In this document: one piece after another, positions 1 through 11,740 of the stretch
Layout: each line of letters opens with the position of its first letter
Position numbering within the stretch: position 1 is the stretch's first letter
Origin: Amphiscolops sp. MND2022
Taxonomy: Eukaryota
Assembly (NCBI GenBank): GCA_964187785.1
Contig: OZ076417.1
Location: 22,816,001 to 22,880,000, forward strand
Length of the DNA stretch: 64,000 bases
Direction: 5' to 3'
Program-made: the position numbers and the translations under genes
The notes under the pieces: generated by a model
What the model was told of the DNA's origin: nothing
Databases searched by the model: none
What the model saw: the letters and a program-made list of their open reading frames with translations, nothing else

Positions 1-182
1 AGTGCGGTCTCCACGACTAACATAATTTCTGCACAACTTCCAGCGTACCGTCAATCAGTTGTCAAGTTCTCCTGTAGTGGGCCAAAGTGAGTGATTTGCT
101 TGATTGCAAATTCCTTATTTTGATTTTTTTCTTCCTTTTTTTCATTTCTTGGTATGTTCGTTACTTGTGTGAAATGTTTCAG

Positions 183-3100
183 CTGGTCCTTCGGGGTCAA
201 ACGGTGAAGGGAAAACTTGTGCCAAGACTCGTTTCTCGTTTGCGGCGGCTGCGCTTTGACCACGACAGTATTATATGTTTGTTGTATTTGTCTTGATGGT
301 GTGTAGGAGTATAACAGAAAATGTTTTGCATGTATTGTTTCTGATGTCTCTGATGGGGCAGCCCTACCGTGTACGTTTCAACATGCTGCTAGGCTGGGTG
401 AGGTTGTCGCCTCTGAAGTGTAGAATCGAACGATTGAGCCTGTTGTGGCAAGTAAGTAGATCCTCGTTGTTATGGTCTTGTTCAAGTTGTTTAGGAGTCT
501 GTTGGTTGCATGGTAGTGTTTATGTGGTTTTTGTTCTAGAGTTTTAAGAGTTAGTGGAGCGCATGGAGCAAAGTCTGGAAGCTGCTGCGCCAACCCTACG
601 TCGTCCTAAACGGTCGTACAGTTCTCGCTGCCGACTCCGACGTAACATTGTTGGCGACCATCCTGTGTACTCGTTGTTTATCAGTGGGTCCAGCGTCGGG
701 TCAGATGAAAAGTTTTATTGCCGTATTTGTCATCGTGATGTGTCGATGCATTCTGGAGGTGCTGGAGAGTTCAGTCGGCATTTCAATGGAGACCGCCACT
801 GGCAAGCAGATGTGACGTACCGGGTCCGTGAAGGCTTGCCTGTGTATATTAAACGTAAGGATCCTCTGGAATTGTCAGTTGAGCAGATTGTCGATTACTT
901 GTTGCGACCTTGCCGAGGCCTTGCTGAAGGGTTTAGCTTCCCTGAGGACTTGCTGCCTGCCTGCACTCGAGCGGAATCGACGATTCCTCTGCTGACGTTA
1001 GTGAACTGTCCGTTGGAGCTGCTACGATGTAGGGGTAGCTATACCCTGTTACGAAAACTGTGGGAGTGTTTCCTGGCTACTCTTGGGCCTGAGAACCTTT
1101 TGTATAGTCTCAATTGGAGTCGTTCTGAATCGCTGGTTGGCTTCTTCGACGATTAGTTATTGTATTGCTAGCGTTGTGTTGATGAATAAGGGCATGGTGT
1201 GCAGCTAGGTAGCCAATTCGGTGGGTTATTATATTTGATCATTTTGTTTAGGCATAAGTCTGTAAAGTTCTATTTCCGCGGGCGTTGCGTCTGTTGGTGG
1301 CCGGTATTTCATCCTATCGTGACTACAGTGTAGTCTTTGTGGAAGACGCGGCTGAGGTGAGCTGTTATGTGCAGACCTGGGATGACCACTCATTGCTGAG
1401 CTTTTGTGTTCGAGTGGAAGCCGCTGGACAGCGCGTGCCATATGCGGAACTGGCTGGGTTCTCACGTGTCGTGGGTAGTTTGCCAAGTTGTCAGTTGGCG
1501 TTGTCCCTAGTACGCGTACTGAATGACAATCGGGTGGATGGTCGGCAGTTTAGTGTATGTCGTCAATTTACGGAGAACATGTTCTTGAAAGTGTATCAAG
1601 AGTCGCATCAGTCTGTTTTTGGTGGATTGGAAATTACCAGCCTGATAGACTTCCTGATGTTGCATCTTCGTGGCGCGTTGCAAGAACCTTGGATGGAGGA
1701 CGTGGTGGTGTTGCGTCGCCGTGTCGTTGCTGGACATGTGTCGTTCAAGGATTTACGAACAGGGGAAAATGAACTCATTCCAATCTGGGACTCAGTTTGC
1801 GAGTTCGTTCGCTTTTCTGGACCGCGCCACGTAAAGTGTGAAGCTGATAGGGTAATACTTTTGTGATGATCATCATTTACTGCTGGCCGGGATCTGTTCG
1901 GTTAGAAGGGCTCATTTGTTGTGTGTGTATTTAGATGTGCAGGATAGATTGGCTGATCAGTTCGGACAACACCAATGTATTGCGGACCGGGCTCCTTGTG
2001 CTCTTGTTAGATCTTTGTGAGTGTTGAATTTGAGATTTTCCGGGGGTTTCCTTACTTGAAAGAATATTTTGTTTTTTTTTCTCGTCATTGATTCCATAGT
2101 TCCATCATTGTTAGCCGTTGGATATTGGTCGTTTTGTTTAGATGCAGTGACTTTTGTGAAGCACCAGACTGGACGAAGGATTACAGTTTCCACAAGTATA
2201 TGGAGTTGTGCAGTTTCTTGTATTGCCTGCTTTATCGTAGTCGGAAAGTGTCATCTCTGCCTGGGTTAAACACATGGGAAGACTATATGGATCCGGCAAA
2301 GATTGTTTCCTTCGAGATGGTTCAGACGTCGGAATTCTTACGGAATCATGATTTTGGAAAGACTTTGAAGAATACCAAAGGAGGTGAGGCGCGAGAATTT
2401 CGTGGTCATTGCCGTGAATTCGTGGCCCAACTAGTGGACGGTATTTTGTCGTCACGGGCTGCGTCATCTGTTTTGGTGCAAGAGCAGTATAGTTTCTGTC
2501 CTGAGTTATCTCTAGAGGGTGACGACCAGAATGTCTTCAGCGTCTTTAACAAGCTTTTGCGTGTGTTGGAGTGGAGCGGAGTCGTGACTAGCACAGAGTC
2601 TAATGTAGCAGTGGAAGAGTTTTTGACTTTCGTGGTGGATATTCGGGCGCCACACGGCAGTAGTGGGCGCAGTGCTTCGGATATTGGCGACCTTGTGGCG
2701 TACCTCTTGGCAGATTTTGGCTTTTTGGCACGGCAGAATCTGTATCGTGTTGTGCTGCCTGGTTGTTCTAAAACCTTGTACTGAGTTTCCCATCGTGAAC
2801 ATTGATTTGTCAGATTATGAGGTTCCCCGGCTTGTAGTGTTATCCTGTATTCGTGGGGTACAAAGTTGTGTGTCAGCAGCTAATTAAAAGCAGAGTTCGT
2901 TCCTCACGAAACATACAATGGAGTCTGTCTGGAGTGCAGTCGCTGATTGTCGTGCTTTCATGTCTGCTTCCCAATTTGTTCCGTGGCTAGATATTTGCGG
3001 TGTGGAACAATCTGCTTTCGTTGAGCGTTACATGCAGCGTTACATTGTTTGTCGCGCATTTGTCTCGCAAGAAGTAGAAAAGTGTGCTTATCAACTCTTG

Positions 3101-3379
3101 TGTAGTGCTAACAAGCGTGTTCATAAGTCACGTTCTGCGAGCGATGCGGAGTCATCAGCAACCAGTTGTGCGGGAAGTGCTCATGGGAGTGTCGTGGGTG
3201 TTCCGACCTGCAGTGCTAGTCGTGAAGGCAAAAGAGAAATGGCTGCCAGCTTGTCGCTGAAAAAGAGTGGGAAGGAAGTAGAGTCGCAGACTGTGAGTAA
3301 AAAGAGGAAAACGACTGTGAAGACGTCTTCATCGCAATCCAAAGACAAATATCCTCCTGATATCGTCATTTCTCATTGA
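183..3379 (+). pseudogene. Antisense multi-exon gene inside Gypsy copy C: BED-type zinc-finger, hAT-transposase-like protein (disrupted)
   Basis: ORFs 554-1156 (HPVYSLF...FYCRICHRDVSMHSGGAGEFSRHFNGDRH = C-x2-C-x16-H-x5-H with an upstream aromatic motif), 1285-1866, 2125-2784 and 2918-3379 (KKRK tail). In-frame GT-AG introns at 1221-1251 and 1852-1934. Clear homologue at 20457-21870. Confidence 0.75.
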
Positions 3380-4860
3380 GTCGTACTCAAGGCGTCGAGT
3401 CGTCTAAAGTCAGGATTAGCATTAGGTTTAGGGTCAGGTCTCAAGTTGTACTTTGCTATTTTTCTCGGGTTATATCCGACGTTTGTAGGCGGTGATCTTG
3501 GGGGAATAGGGGGACTTTCAATGTGTGGGGGGCTTCGATTATCCCCAACGTCAGTAGTAGGATTTGAAAAATCCGGTGACGTCGGCGTCACGTCATTTGT
3601 GTCTTCATTTTGGTTTGTTGGTACCTGTGGCGTCGTTGCCTCGTCATTGGTGTTTGTTAATTTTTGTGTTATTACTTGTTGATTATTATTCGTAATTTCT
3701 GACGCCTCGTGTTCGTCGATTTGCTTGCCAAAGTCCAGTTCCCAAGATACTGCGTACCATTCTTTGTGCGACATTTTGACGTCCGGGTCTGGAAGATATT
3801 CGTTGCATCGTTTTGTGACGTCGGGTATGTGTTGTTCTGGCGTAAAGGTCGTATTCGTATTCTATGTAGTGTCTGTGTGTATCTCGTACCAATTTTTTGT
3901 ATCGTGTAGTTGTCATATGATGGCACTTTTATTACTATGTACGGCCCTGTCCAGATGCAGTCTTGAAATGCGAATTTTGTCGGTTGATTGTCGGCTTTCG
4001 TGTTGAGGTTATAGCAATAGTCATTTATCTTGAGTGGAGCTGCGGACGCTTTGCGGTTGTAATAACTTTTGTATTTGAGATAAGACAGCAAAATATTGTC
4101 TTAAGCTGTCGCGCGCACTTTGTCAAATTGTTTTTGGAGTTGCTCTGCTGTATCTGAATTAGGCGTAGTTTTCAACTTCGGTTTAATGCCCACTTTTAGA
4201 TCAAGGACATTGTATGGTGTTCGTCCATGGAATACTGTGGATGGTTCGCAGCCTACAACTTCATGATACAATGTATTATAGTTCATGAAGGCAATCTGAA
4301 CGTTTTTGTGCCACATTAAACGTCTTTCTCCCGTTGATAATTCTAGAGCTGTTTTAATTGAAGCATGCGTTCCTTCAAGGATTCCGATTGTTTGTGCGTG
4401 TTTCGTAGAGGCATGACTACTTTTTGTTTCTAATATCTGTGTTATCTCTGCGACGACTTCTGATCTGAATTGGGATCCTTTGTCTGATAGAATTAGTGTT
4501 GGCAAAAATGCGTGTCTCGTCATGACATCGACAATACATCGTCCTATTGTCTTTGCTGTGGTATTCTGCGTTGGGCACGCTAATAAGTAGCGTGAAAATA
4601 CAATGTTCATTGTTACGATGTTTTGCTATCCTGAAGAAATTGGTAGGTTCGGTAGTATGTCTACTTCCAGGATATCTTCTGGTCCCAAGACGTCTTCCGT
4701 TTTGTTGATCATTTTTGGTCTGATCTGATTATTGCTGATTCTTTTGTATTTGATGCAGTCTTCACACTGAAGCACCCATTGTTTGATTCTTTTTGCTAAT
4801 CCGGCGTAATGGTATTTTGATCTGCATTCTTGGATCATTTTTGTGATTCCTGGGTGTGTC
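3373..4860 (-). pseudogene. pol: Gypsy integrase region (H2C2 zinc-binding, DDE core, GPY motif, C-terminal extension), frameshifted
   Basis: HPGITKMIQECRSKYHYAGLAKRIKQWVLQCEDC; LEVDIL; SDKGSQF...ILEGTH; WTGPYIV; C-terminal KYNLRPDPKPNANPDFRRLD. Confidence 0.92.
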
Positions 4861-5497
4861 CCATTTGTCCGTGAATTGTTTTGAGAAGTTCTGCAATCAA
4901 GTGCTCAGGGATTAGTATTTGATGATGTGTGACTTGTCCACATTCCCCATAGTATTTGCGCATTAATATACCGTCCTTGACTATTAATCTATTTTCACGG
5001 ACTAATAGGCGTTTCGTTTTCGGGTCAGTTTGTAGGAGGTGCTTGTCATGTTCTTCACAGAAATTTTCTCTTAATTGCTATGAAAACCAGATCTGAGTCT
5101 TGTTCGACTCTGATACGTGCATCTTCTTTGGTTGCCTCAAAAGTATATGATGCTTTGTTCATTGGAGTTGGGGTCGTTTCTTTGATGGACAGTTTTATTT
5201 TCGTCATCTTCTCGTCGGGCGCATTCTCTCTTGCTTGTTCTTTCTGCAGTAGGGTTTTCTCTTCAGTTTCGATCGTTTTTTCTGGAAGGAAAAAAATTTT
5301 TCTTCGTCCTCGTCATCTGTTGATTGTAGGTTGACTTGTATTTGTCAGATTGTGAAGTCATTTCTGATTTTTAGCTTGACTCTTTTTTTAGGATTGAGGT
5401 CAATTCGCGATAAGAAATCTGCCGCCATGTTTTGTGTCCCGGCTACGTGCATGATGTGAAAATTGAATTGTAGTACATAGTCGCATGCGTTCCATAG

Positions 5498-5836
5498 TCA
5501 CACGGTGTGGGGGAAAATAGCCTTTGTTTGGAAAAACCTTGTTACCGACCTGTTATCGGTCATTACAAGTGTCGGTACGATTTTTTCCCATAAAATATGG
5601 CTGTATTCGACAAATGCATGGTATACTGCTAAACACTCTTTGCAGTAGATTGACAATTTTAGTTGAGCTGGAGAAAATACTTTCGATCCAAATGCGACTG
5701 TGGCGAAGGTTTTCTTTTTTGAGTTGAGTTTTTTGTCGTTATCTTCTTCTATCATTAGCGCATAGCCTGAGGCGCGGAAACTGGCGTCCATCATTAGGAC
5801 GTATTGGTGTAATGTGATTGGTTGATTGAAAGCCAA
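5498..5836 (-). pseudogene. pol: Gypsy RNase H fragment
   Basis: YVLMMDASFRASGYAL...VAFGSKVFSPAQLKLSIYCKECLAVY...VMTDNRSV. Confidence 0.9.
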
Positions 5837-6109
5837 TCCGCATGCTTCCGCTAACGCCGCATTGATCGCTTTGTAGCTGTCTAGTAGGTCTTGTTACCTT
5901 GATTTGTCTATCTGCTTTCAGCATTTCGTAAAAGCCTAGTAATTTTTCTGACAGCTGCTGGATGTAGTTGCGGCAATAGTTGACAAAGCTTATTTATCTT
6001 TGCACTTGCTTCTTTGATTTCGGGAATCGCACGTTTGCTAAGAATTTTTGGAGTTTGTGATCTTGAGGGCGATTCCTTGCGGTGTTATAGTTCTTCCGAG
6101 GAACTCGGC

Positions 6110-6745
6110 CTAAGTTACTCCGAACTGGCATTTGTCAAAAGATAGTTTGAGTCCTGCTTGTCTGATACATGCAAAGACGGCTCGGATGTTGCGTATTAGC
6201 TGCGTCAAAGAATTGGCAGCTATTCCAATATCGTCCACATCTTGCGCACACTGGTCGGCTTTGATCACTTCGTCTGAGTACTCTCTCATGAAACTTGAAA
6301 ATGCTGATAAGGCTCTGCTTAATCCTTGCGCTAGTCGTTTGTAGGCAAACGTCCTGCTTGCGAAGTTGAAAGCCAGCATTTCTATCGATCGCTGATCTGC
6401 CATTTGTAGGCAGTGATATGCCTGAGAGCAGTCTAGTTTACAAAACAGTTTTTTACCATCTAGGTGTTGTGCTGCGTCTGACAGGGTGCTGACTGGGTGA
6501 TTGTTATTGATGTAGTAATCTGAGATTAGTGCGTTTATTTTTCTTAGGTCAACGAGTAGTAGCAATTTTCCATTTGGTTGGCGCTGTGCAAAAATCGGGC
6601 TTGCGTATTTTGAGAAAGGCAGTGTCGTTATTATGCCGTACCTGTGCATTAGCGCTAACTCGACTGTTAGATCTTCTTTCAAATTGATTGGTACTGGTAG
6701 GCTTTGTGAATAGATTGGACGTTCATCTTTCGGAGTTACTTTCAC
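6110..6745 (-). pseudogene. pol: Gypsy reverse transcriptase fragment (catalytic YVDD altered to DVDD)
   Basis: SKYASPIFAQR..NGK..L.VDLRKIN; KLDCSQAYHCL; LAQGL; AQDVDDIGIA; LKLSFDKCQFG. Confidence 0.95.
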
Positions 6746-7708
6746 TTTAAAGGTGTTGTTTATGTCAATGTCGAGCCGGTGTCGCGCAAAAAAATCGTTG
6801 TATTCGACTATCGTTTGCTCTAATTGTTTCCTATCATTTCCTTTGATCTAGGAGCCTTCCCATTGGAGCAGTTCTAGGAATTGTTTTCTTGATGCTTGGT
6901 CTTTGGTTGGATCTATTTATTCTTTTTTGATGAGTTCCCGGATTTCCTTCAATATTCGTCGTTGTAGTGGCGTATGCTCTTCTTCGTTTCCTGGACTCTC
7001 AGGTGTAGGAAACCAAAAATGTCCGTCGTTTTGTCCGTCGCTTGGATTTCATGAGTTCATTCACATACATGTGAGTATCATCAGGGTCGTGTAATAGTTT
7101 GATTATGGCAGTGTCAACTAGTCGTATTTGTTTCGTATCTTCAGGTTTGAGGATTTGTAGTTCCGCCAATTTTGTGTGATTCTTAATGAGAGGGTAAAAT
7201 CTGTCAAATTGGCTATTTTGATGTTGAGTCTTTTGTTGTGGGCCGTCGCCAACGCTGGTGCGACGATGATGATGGCTGTCTCATCGAATTGTGGTAATGG
7301 CTGTGCCGTCCCAGTGACGACATTTGTATTCGTGGTGATTACTATTGCGCTCACTGTTGTTGTTTGTTCGGGCAGTAGCGTTTGGTTTCCTTCTGCCATT
7401 ATTTGGAGTGATTTCAGAATGCAGTTTTTCATTTCATCCTTCATGGCCAACGTCATCTCGACGTGCGGGAAGTTGATGATACCGTTCGCTGTATCTAGTA
7501 TCTGGTACCGCTTGGTGATTTCGCATGAATTTCAACCACAATATGGGGAAGGACGTCTTTGAGCGGATGACGAAGGTATCTGTGAATGTGCACGTCCCTA
7601 CGTTGAATTGTATATCGGCCGTGGCTATTGGTTGTTCTAGCTGGGTGTTTGCACATTCAATTTTGAGAAGAGGTTAGGGGTACTCCTTTATGATGAAGTT
7701 TTCGCGGT

Positions 7709-9775
7709 TCATTTTGATTGCATTGTAATCCGAACACGACATTGCATTGATGAACGCTGTTCCATTGTTATTTCGCCGAACTCGAGTGGTAGATAGAGCA
7801 TCCGTCGTCGTTTTTTCAGCGGTATTGTGTTTCCCCCTTTTTCACTTATGTATTCTTTGATACAGTTGAGCGAGACGGGTAAGTCATCCAGGAAGATAGG
7901 TTTCGTGATGGAGCCGTTGGTATGTTCCCTTGGTAGTGGTGATGGTGATTGTTCATCGGAGGCGTTTGTATTTTGGTCTGTTACTGTCGCAATGGGTTGT
8001 TCCTTATAGGTGAGTGATGATTGGTCGGGCCTGTCCCAGGGGTCACATCGGTAGTGTTTGTCGAATACATAGGTTCGCTCTTGGTCTGATGCTGGTAGTG
8101 GTCTCTTTGTCGTCATATATTGGTCTGCATAGTCATTGATCCAGTCTGGGTATTCTCTTTGTTGGTCATGTTTGGCGTTATGTCTTTTTATAGTGGCGAT
8201 GGTTTGTCGTCTTCGCCAATCCTCTGTAGGTGTCCCATTGCATTCCGTTGTTATTTCGTTACTGTGTTTGGTGGGGGAATCTTGTATTGAATACGCCCTC
8301 GCGTTTACTGTTTCCCCGAAGCGCAGGCGCGGCGTAATTAGTTTTTTGATTCTTCGGTAGTTTTGGTTGTTGTCTGTTGGGCGGGGTATCCGCCTTTCTT
8401 TTTTGTTGGAAATGACGCTTAGGTCGCGGATCGTTGGCTGAGTTGGCTCCATTCCAACAATCTTCCTTTTATGGGGTTTGCCGCAAGTATCGCATTTAAG
8501 CGTGTTGCCTGCATTATTTTTGGATTGGCCATTAGTTCTCCGTTGCTGCTGCCATTTGTCTCTTTTCAATTTTTGGCATTCTGCTTTGAAATGGCCAAAT
8601 ATATTGCAGCAGAAGCAATACCCTTTTTTGGTGTTTTGGGTAGTATTTTCGGCTGGTTAGAATACAGATTTTGTTTGGGCTGGTTCTATTTTGTTTAAGG
8701 ACACCAAAGTGACCTCGTATGGCGCACCAAGGCCGTTGAGTCTCATTTCTCTTTCCATGTGAAGCACAATGTCATTGTACGGTTTGTCCTCAAGATATGC
8801 CCTATTGAGTATTTTCTTGACATGGTCGGGCATCTTGACAAATATATAGCTTTGTCAATGAACTGTTGGGCCTCTGATACCAAGGCTTCTTTGGCGGTTT
8901 TTTGGAGTACGTCTAAAACTTATTGGAGTTTTTGCGTTGAGGGATCGAATCTGTGTGCGTCCCATTCGCATCTGGTATTTGCCTTTGATAGGTAGTCGCC
9001 GAAACGACGTTTGAAAATCGTCATTTTTTCTTCTAATGAGTCTTTTTTCGAATCCTCTATGTTGCAAAACGCTTGTAAGGCGTCTCCTCGAAGTAGGGAA
9101 AAAGTAGTTTGTTTTTTGGATTTCCGTGAGATGTGGATACATTTTAATATTGTTGCGGAAAGGTCTTCGAAAAGCTCAAATTTTTCAGATTTTCCGTCAA
9201 AAGTTGGGAGTGATCCCGTTAGGGCTTTTGGCATAGGTAGTAGGGTACTGTCGTTCTTTTCCGCTCCAAAAAGTGTTCTGGCTACCGCAGGACGCTCTAT
9301 TGACGCTGGTTGGCTTTGAGACCTTATTTTTGGTCTTTTCGGTTGGTTGGTGGAGTCGGTTAGCACTCCTGTCACCATGTTAGACTACTAAACGGGTCAT
9401 TGTTTTGAGTAGAGTTTATTGTAACGGATTTGGTAGGGGTGTAGAAATTCCTAGTTTCCTTTTCTGTTTCCTCCTCAGTGTTTTCTCTTACACCTTCTCT
9501 TGTTTCAGGCTTTAGCAGTTTCAACATCTCCACTTGGGATTCTCAAAGAAATTTTTGATTTCGGAAGAAAATTTCTCTTTCAATGAAGCTCTTAAACTCT
9601 CCAAGAAGCTTCCCTCACTCCTAGGGGGTTTTGGTTTCGTAGGTCTCACTACGGTTGCGTCCTGGTCTAAGGGACAAGAAATTCCTACCTTTATTGGTGA
9701 AACAAAACCTTCACTAACTCTTTCGGTGCTCTGCTGATGATTGTTTTTTCTGTTTTGGCTGCTTGTAGTCGACAT
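7709..9775 (-). pseudogene. gag: Gypsy gag (frameshifted) running into a protease start whose DSG motif is deleted
   Basis: ORFs 9521-9775, 8920-9378, 8855-9142 and 7709-8569. Homologous to copy D gag. Zinc knuckle CDTCGKPH. LYLPLEFGEITME..AFINAMS lacks the catalytic DSG. Confidence 0.85.
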
Positions 9776-10238
9776 TTTGGGTCAAGAAAGTTTGACTTGC
9801 GAAATTCAATTTACTTTTGCGTTATATTTTCAACAAAGTTGAAGAAATAGGTAGAGGCAAAAGAATTATAGCTAAACTGGTTTACACGAGTGCAAAACGA
9901 CTGAGCTCCTCAATCAACAAAGTGCATCATGTTTATACCCTCCAGCATCATTTGATCACGAACATATTCCTAATTTTCCTCGAACATTTAGTCACTTCCT
10001 GTTTCCCTGGTGAAAAAAAAAATATTTTTGATCCCAAATTTGCGTCGACATTTCGTCAAATTTTAAGACACGGCAATACTTTTTTTGATATTAGTCATTT
10101 ATCACGAGTATATTATTTCATCCTGGCGTCCTTTTGCTTGCTCCCAAGCAGGAAGTAGATATTACTTCAGTCTATCAAACCGGAAATGATTCCCTGTTTT
10201 ACTGATTTGGTTTGCGGGAATTTGACGCTGAGATGACG

Positions 10239-10300
10239 CTGACGTGAACAACTATTACCTGATTTTGGACTGACGTGAACAACTATTTCCTGATTTTGGA
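10239..10300. repeat. Two tandem 31-bp direct repeats
   Basis: ctgacgtgaacaactattacctgattttgga followed by ctgacgtgaacaactatttcctgattttgga (1 mismatch). Confidence 0.9.
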
Positions 10301-11573
10301 CTTCAGCTTGATTAAATGTGATGACTAATTTTCAAATTATGATTATTTGAGAGATGCTAAGAAGATATTTTGGCGGATTGGAAATGATGAACATTTAATT
10401 AGAGACAAAGTTTAACATTTATGAAGACTGGTATATAAATTAACAACACATCACAAAACTGGTTTGACGTGACAATTGCGATAAGTTCATAAATTCAAAT
10501 GAACACGCCGATACAATTTGTAATTGTATAGTAATAACTTTATAGCGGGTTTAGCAACAATAAATTCAACAAAGAACTAGCGTAAAAATGTGATAAAAAA
10601 ACAATCATTGAATGTAAGCTTAGCAATCCCCATTTGGATTAGACTCTGGGATGACTTCAGATTTTTGGCAAATTGTCTGACGGAAAGTTGACGCGACTCC
10701 TAAATATTATTTCATTTCTTTAGTTAGATCAGTCGCCCATTAAGTGTGCTTATCAAGTCAGGTTCAATACCATAATATCTATTTCCTCTCTTTAAAGACA
10801 ATATGATAGCTATTTTGATCGAATCACTGCATAATATTGACAATTTTTCCCCAATTAACTCAGCAGATTTACTCAATTAAAGCGATTTCTTAGGCTTGTC
10901 AACGTAGTATTGACGTTAATTATTGGCAAACTTGGCAAACCGTCCTATTTGACGCAACGTTGACGGGCGTTTTGGACTTATTCTTTGAGTGATGGCCAAG
11001 GCTGTGACGTAGTCATGGCGGATTCTTGGAATGATTTCTAATATAGCCAGTAGTACAGGCGTATAATCGGAATGATTTTCTGCTATGCGAGGAGGGAGCA
11101 GTGACGTCACTTGGTATATTTCCAAAACTTGTCTCCGTTCTATTGGCGAAAAATGTACATGTATGCTTATTCTCACTGCCGCTTTGTTTACTTAGCGCAG
11201 TATTGTCGTCCTAAATCACACTAATTGCTGTTCAAAGTGCAATTAAGCTGCCTTTCTTAGAAAAGGCTTTTTTCCTCGGCGCGCCATCTCAAATGTCATT
11301 TCTGTTTTAGCTCTGATTGATGTTCTTTCTTAGAGATGATTTTGGATATGTTTTCATTTAGATTCGTTTATGATCTCCTTATCTTAAAATGAGTTTTAAT
11401 TTAGTTTTCAGGTGGCGAATGTTTCTGATTTGGCGTGACAAAACCGTCTTACCGGAAATACGTGAAAATAATTTCAGTTCATTTGTTCTTTATTTCCATT
11501 TTCATTTGAAACTTGCGTAAAGTAGACATTTGTTTTGCATTTTCAGTCACAGTTTATTTTAAGTTAGTTTTAG

Positions 11574-11677
11574 GTTTACCAGTTAAAAGAGGACTTCGGA
11601 AATCTCAGATTACCTCCGTGTCCTCTTCCGATTCTGAGTCGTCGACGACCACATGCCAGACCGGGAGCGGGCTGTGA
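11574..11677 (+). other. Putative terminal coding exon of a small plus-strand spliced gene (LPVKRGLRKSQITSVSSSDSESSTTTCQTGSGL*)
   Basis: ttttag acceptor at 11572-11573, open frame to TGA, AATAAA at 11724-11729, and a similar exon at 30447-30514. Confidence 0.35.
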
Positions 11678-11740
11678 CACTACCGGTACTGAACAACCTA
11701 ATGTCATTATAAGGAGTTTAGCTAATAAATAGACACTTAC

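Larger units (their letters stand above)
1..9800 (-). mobile_element. Degenerate Ty3/Gypsy LTR retrotransposon, family 1 copy C (gag-pro-RT-RNaseH-IN on the minus strand, antisense gene on the plus strand). The left end may run off the window; LTRs were not identified.
   Basis: Minus-strand ORF fragments in Gypsy order (RT-RH-IN): gag (PTFDGKSEKFELFEDL), RT, RNase H (DASFRASGYAL), integrase (H2C2, DKGSQF, GPY). Many stops and frameshifts. Confidence 0.93.

Noticed and set aside
554-3379. An autonomous hAT DNA transposon nested in the Gypsy element
   Set aside because: No TIRs or 8-bp TSD are seen, no DDE triad is assignable, and the homologue sits at the same position in copy D.
10916-11139. 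Possible terminal exon 5 of the EGF gene (RRQVLEIY...FANN*)
   Set aside because: It is in frame with a phase-1 AG, but the acceptor is weak and the region shows competing plus-strand splice signals. It remains an untested alternative to a stop at 11718.
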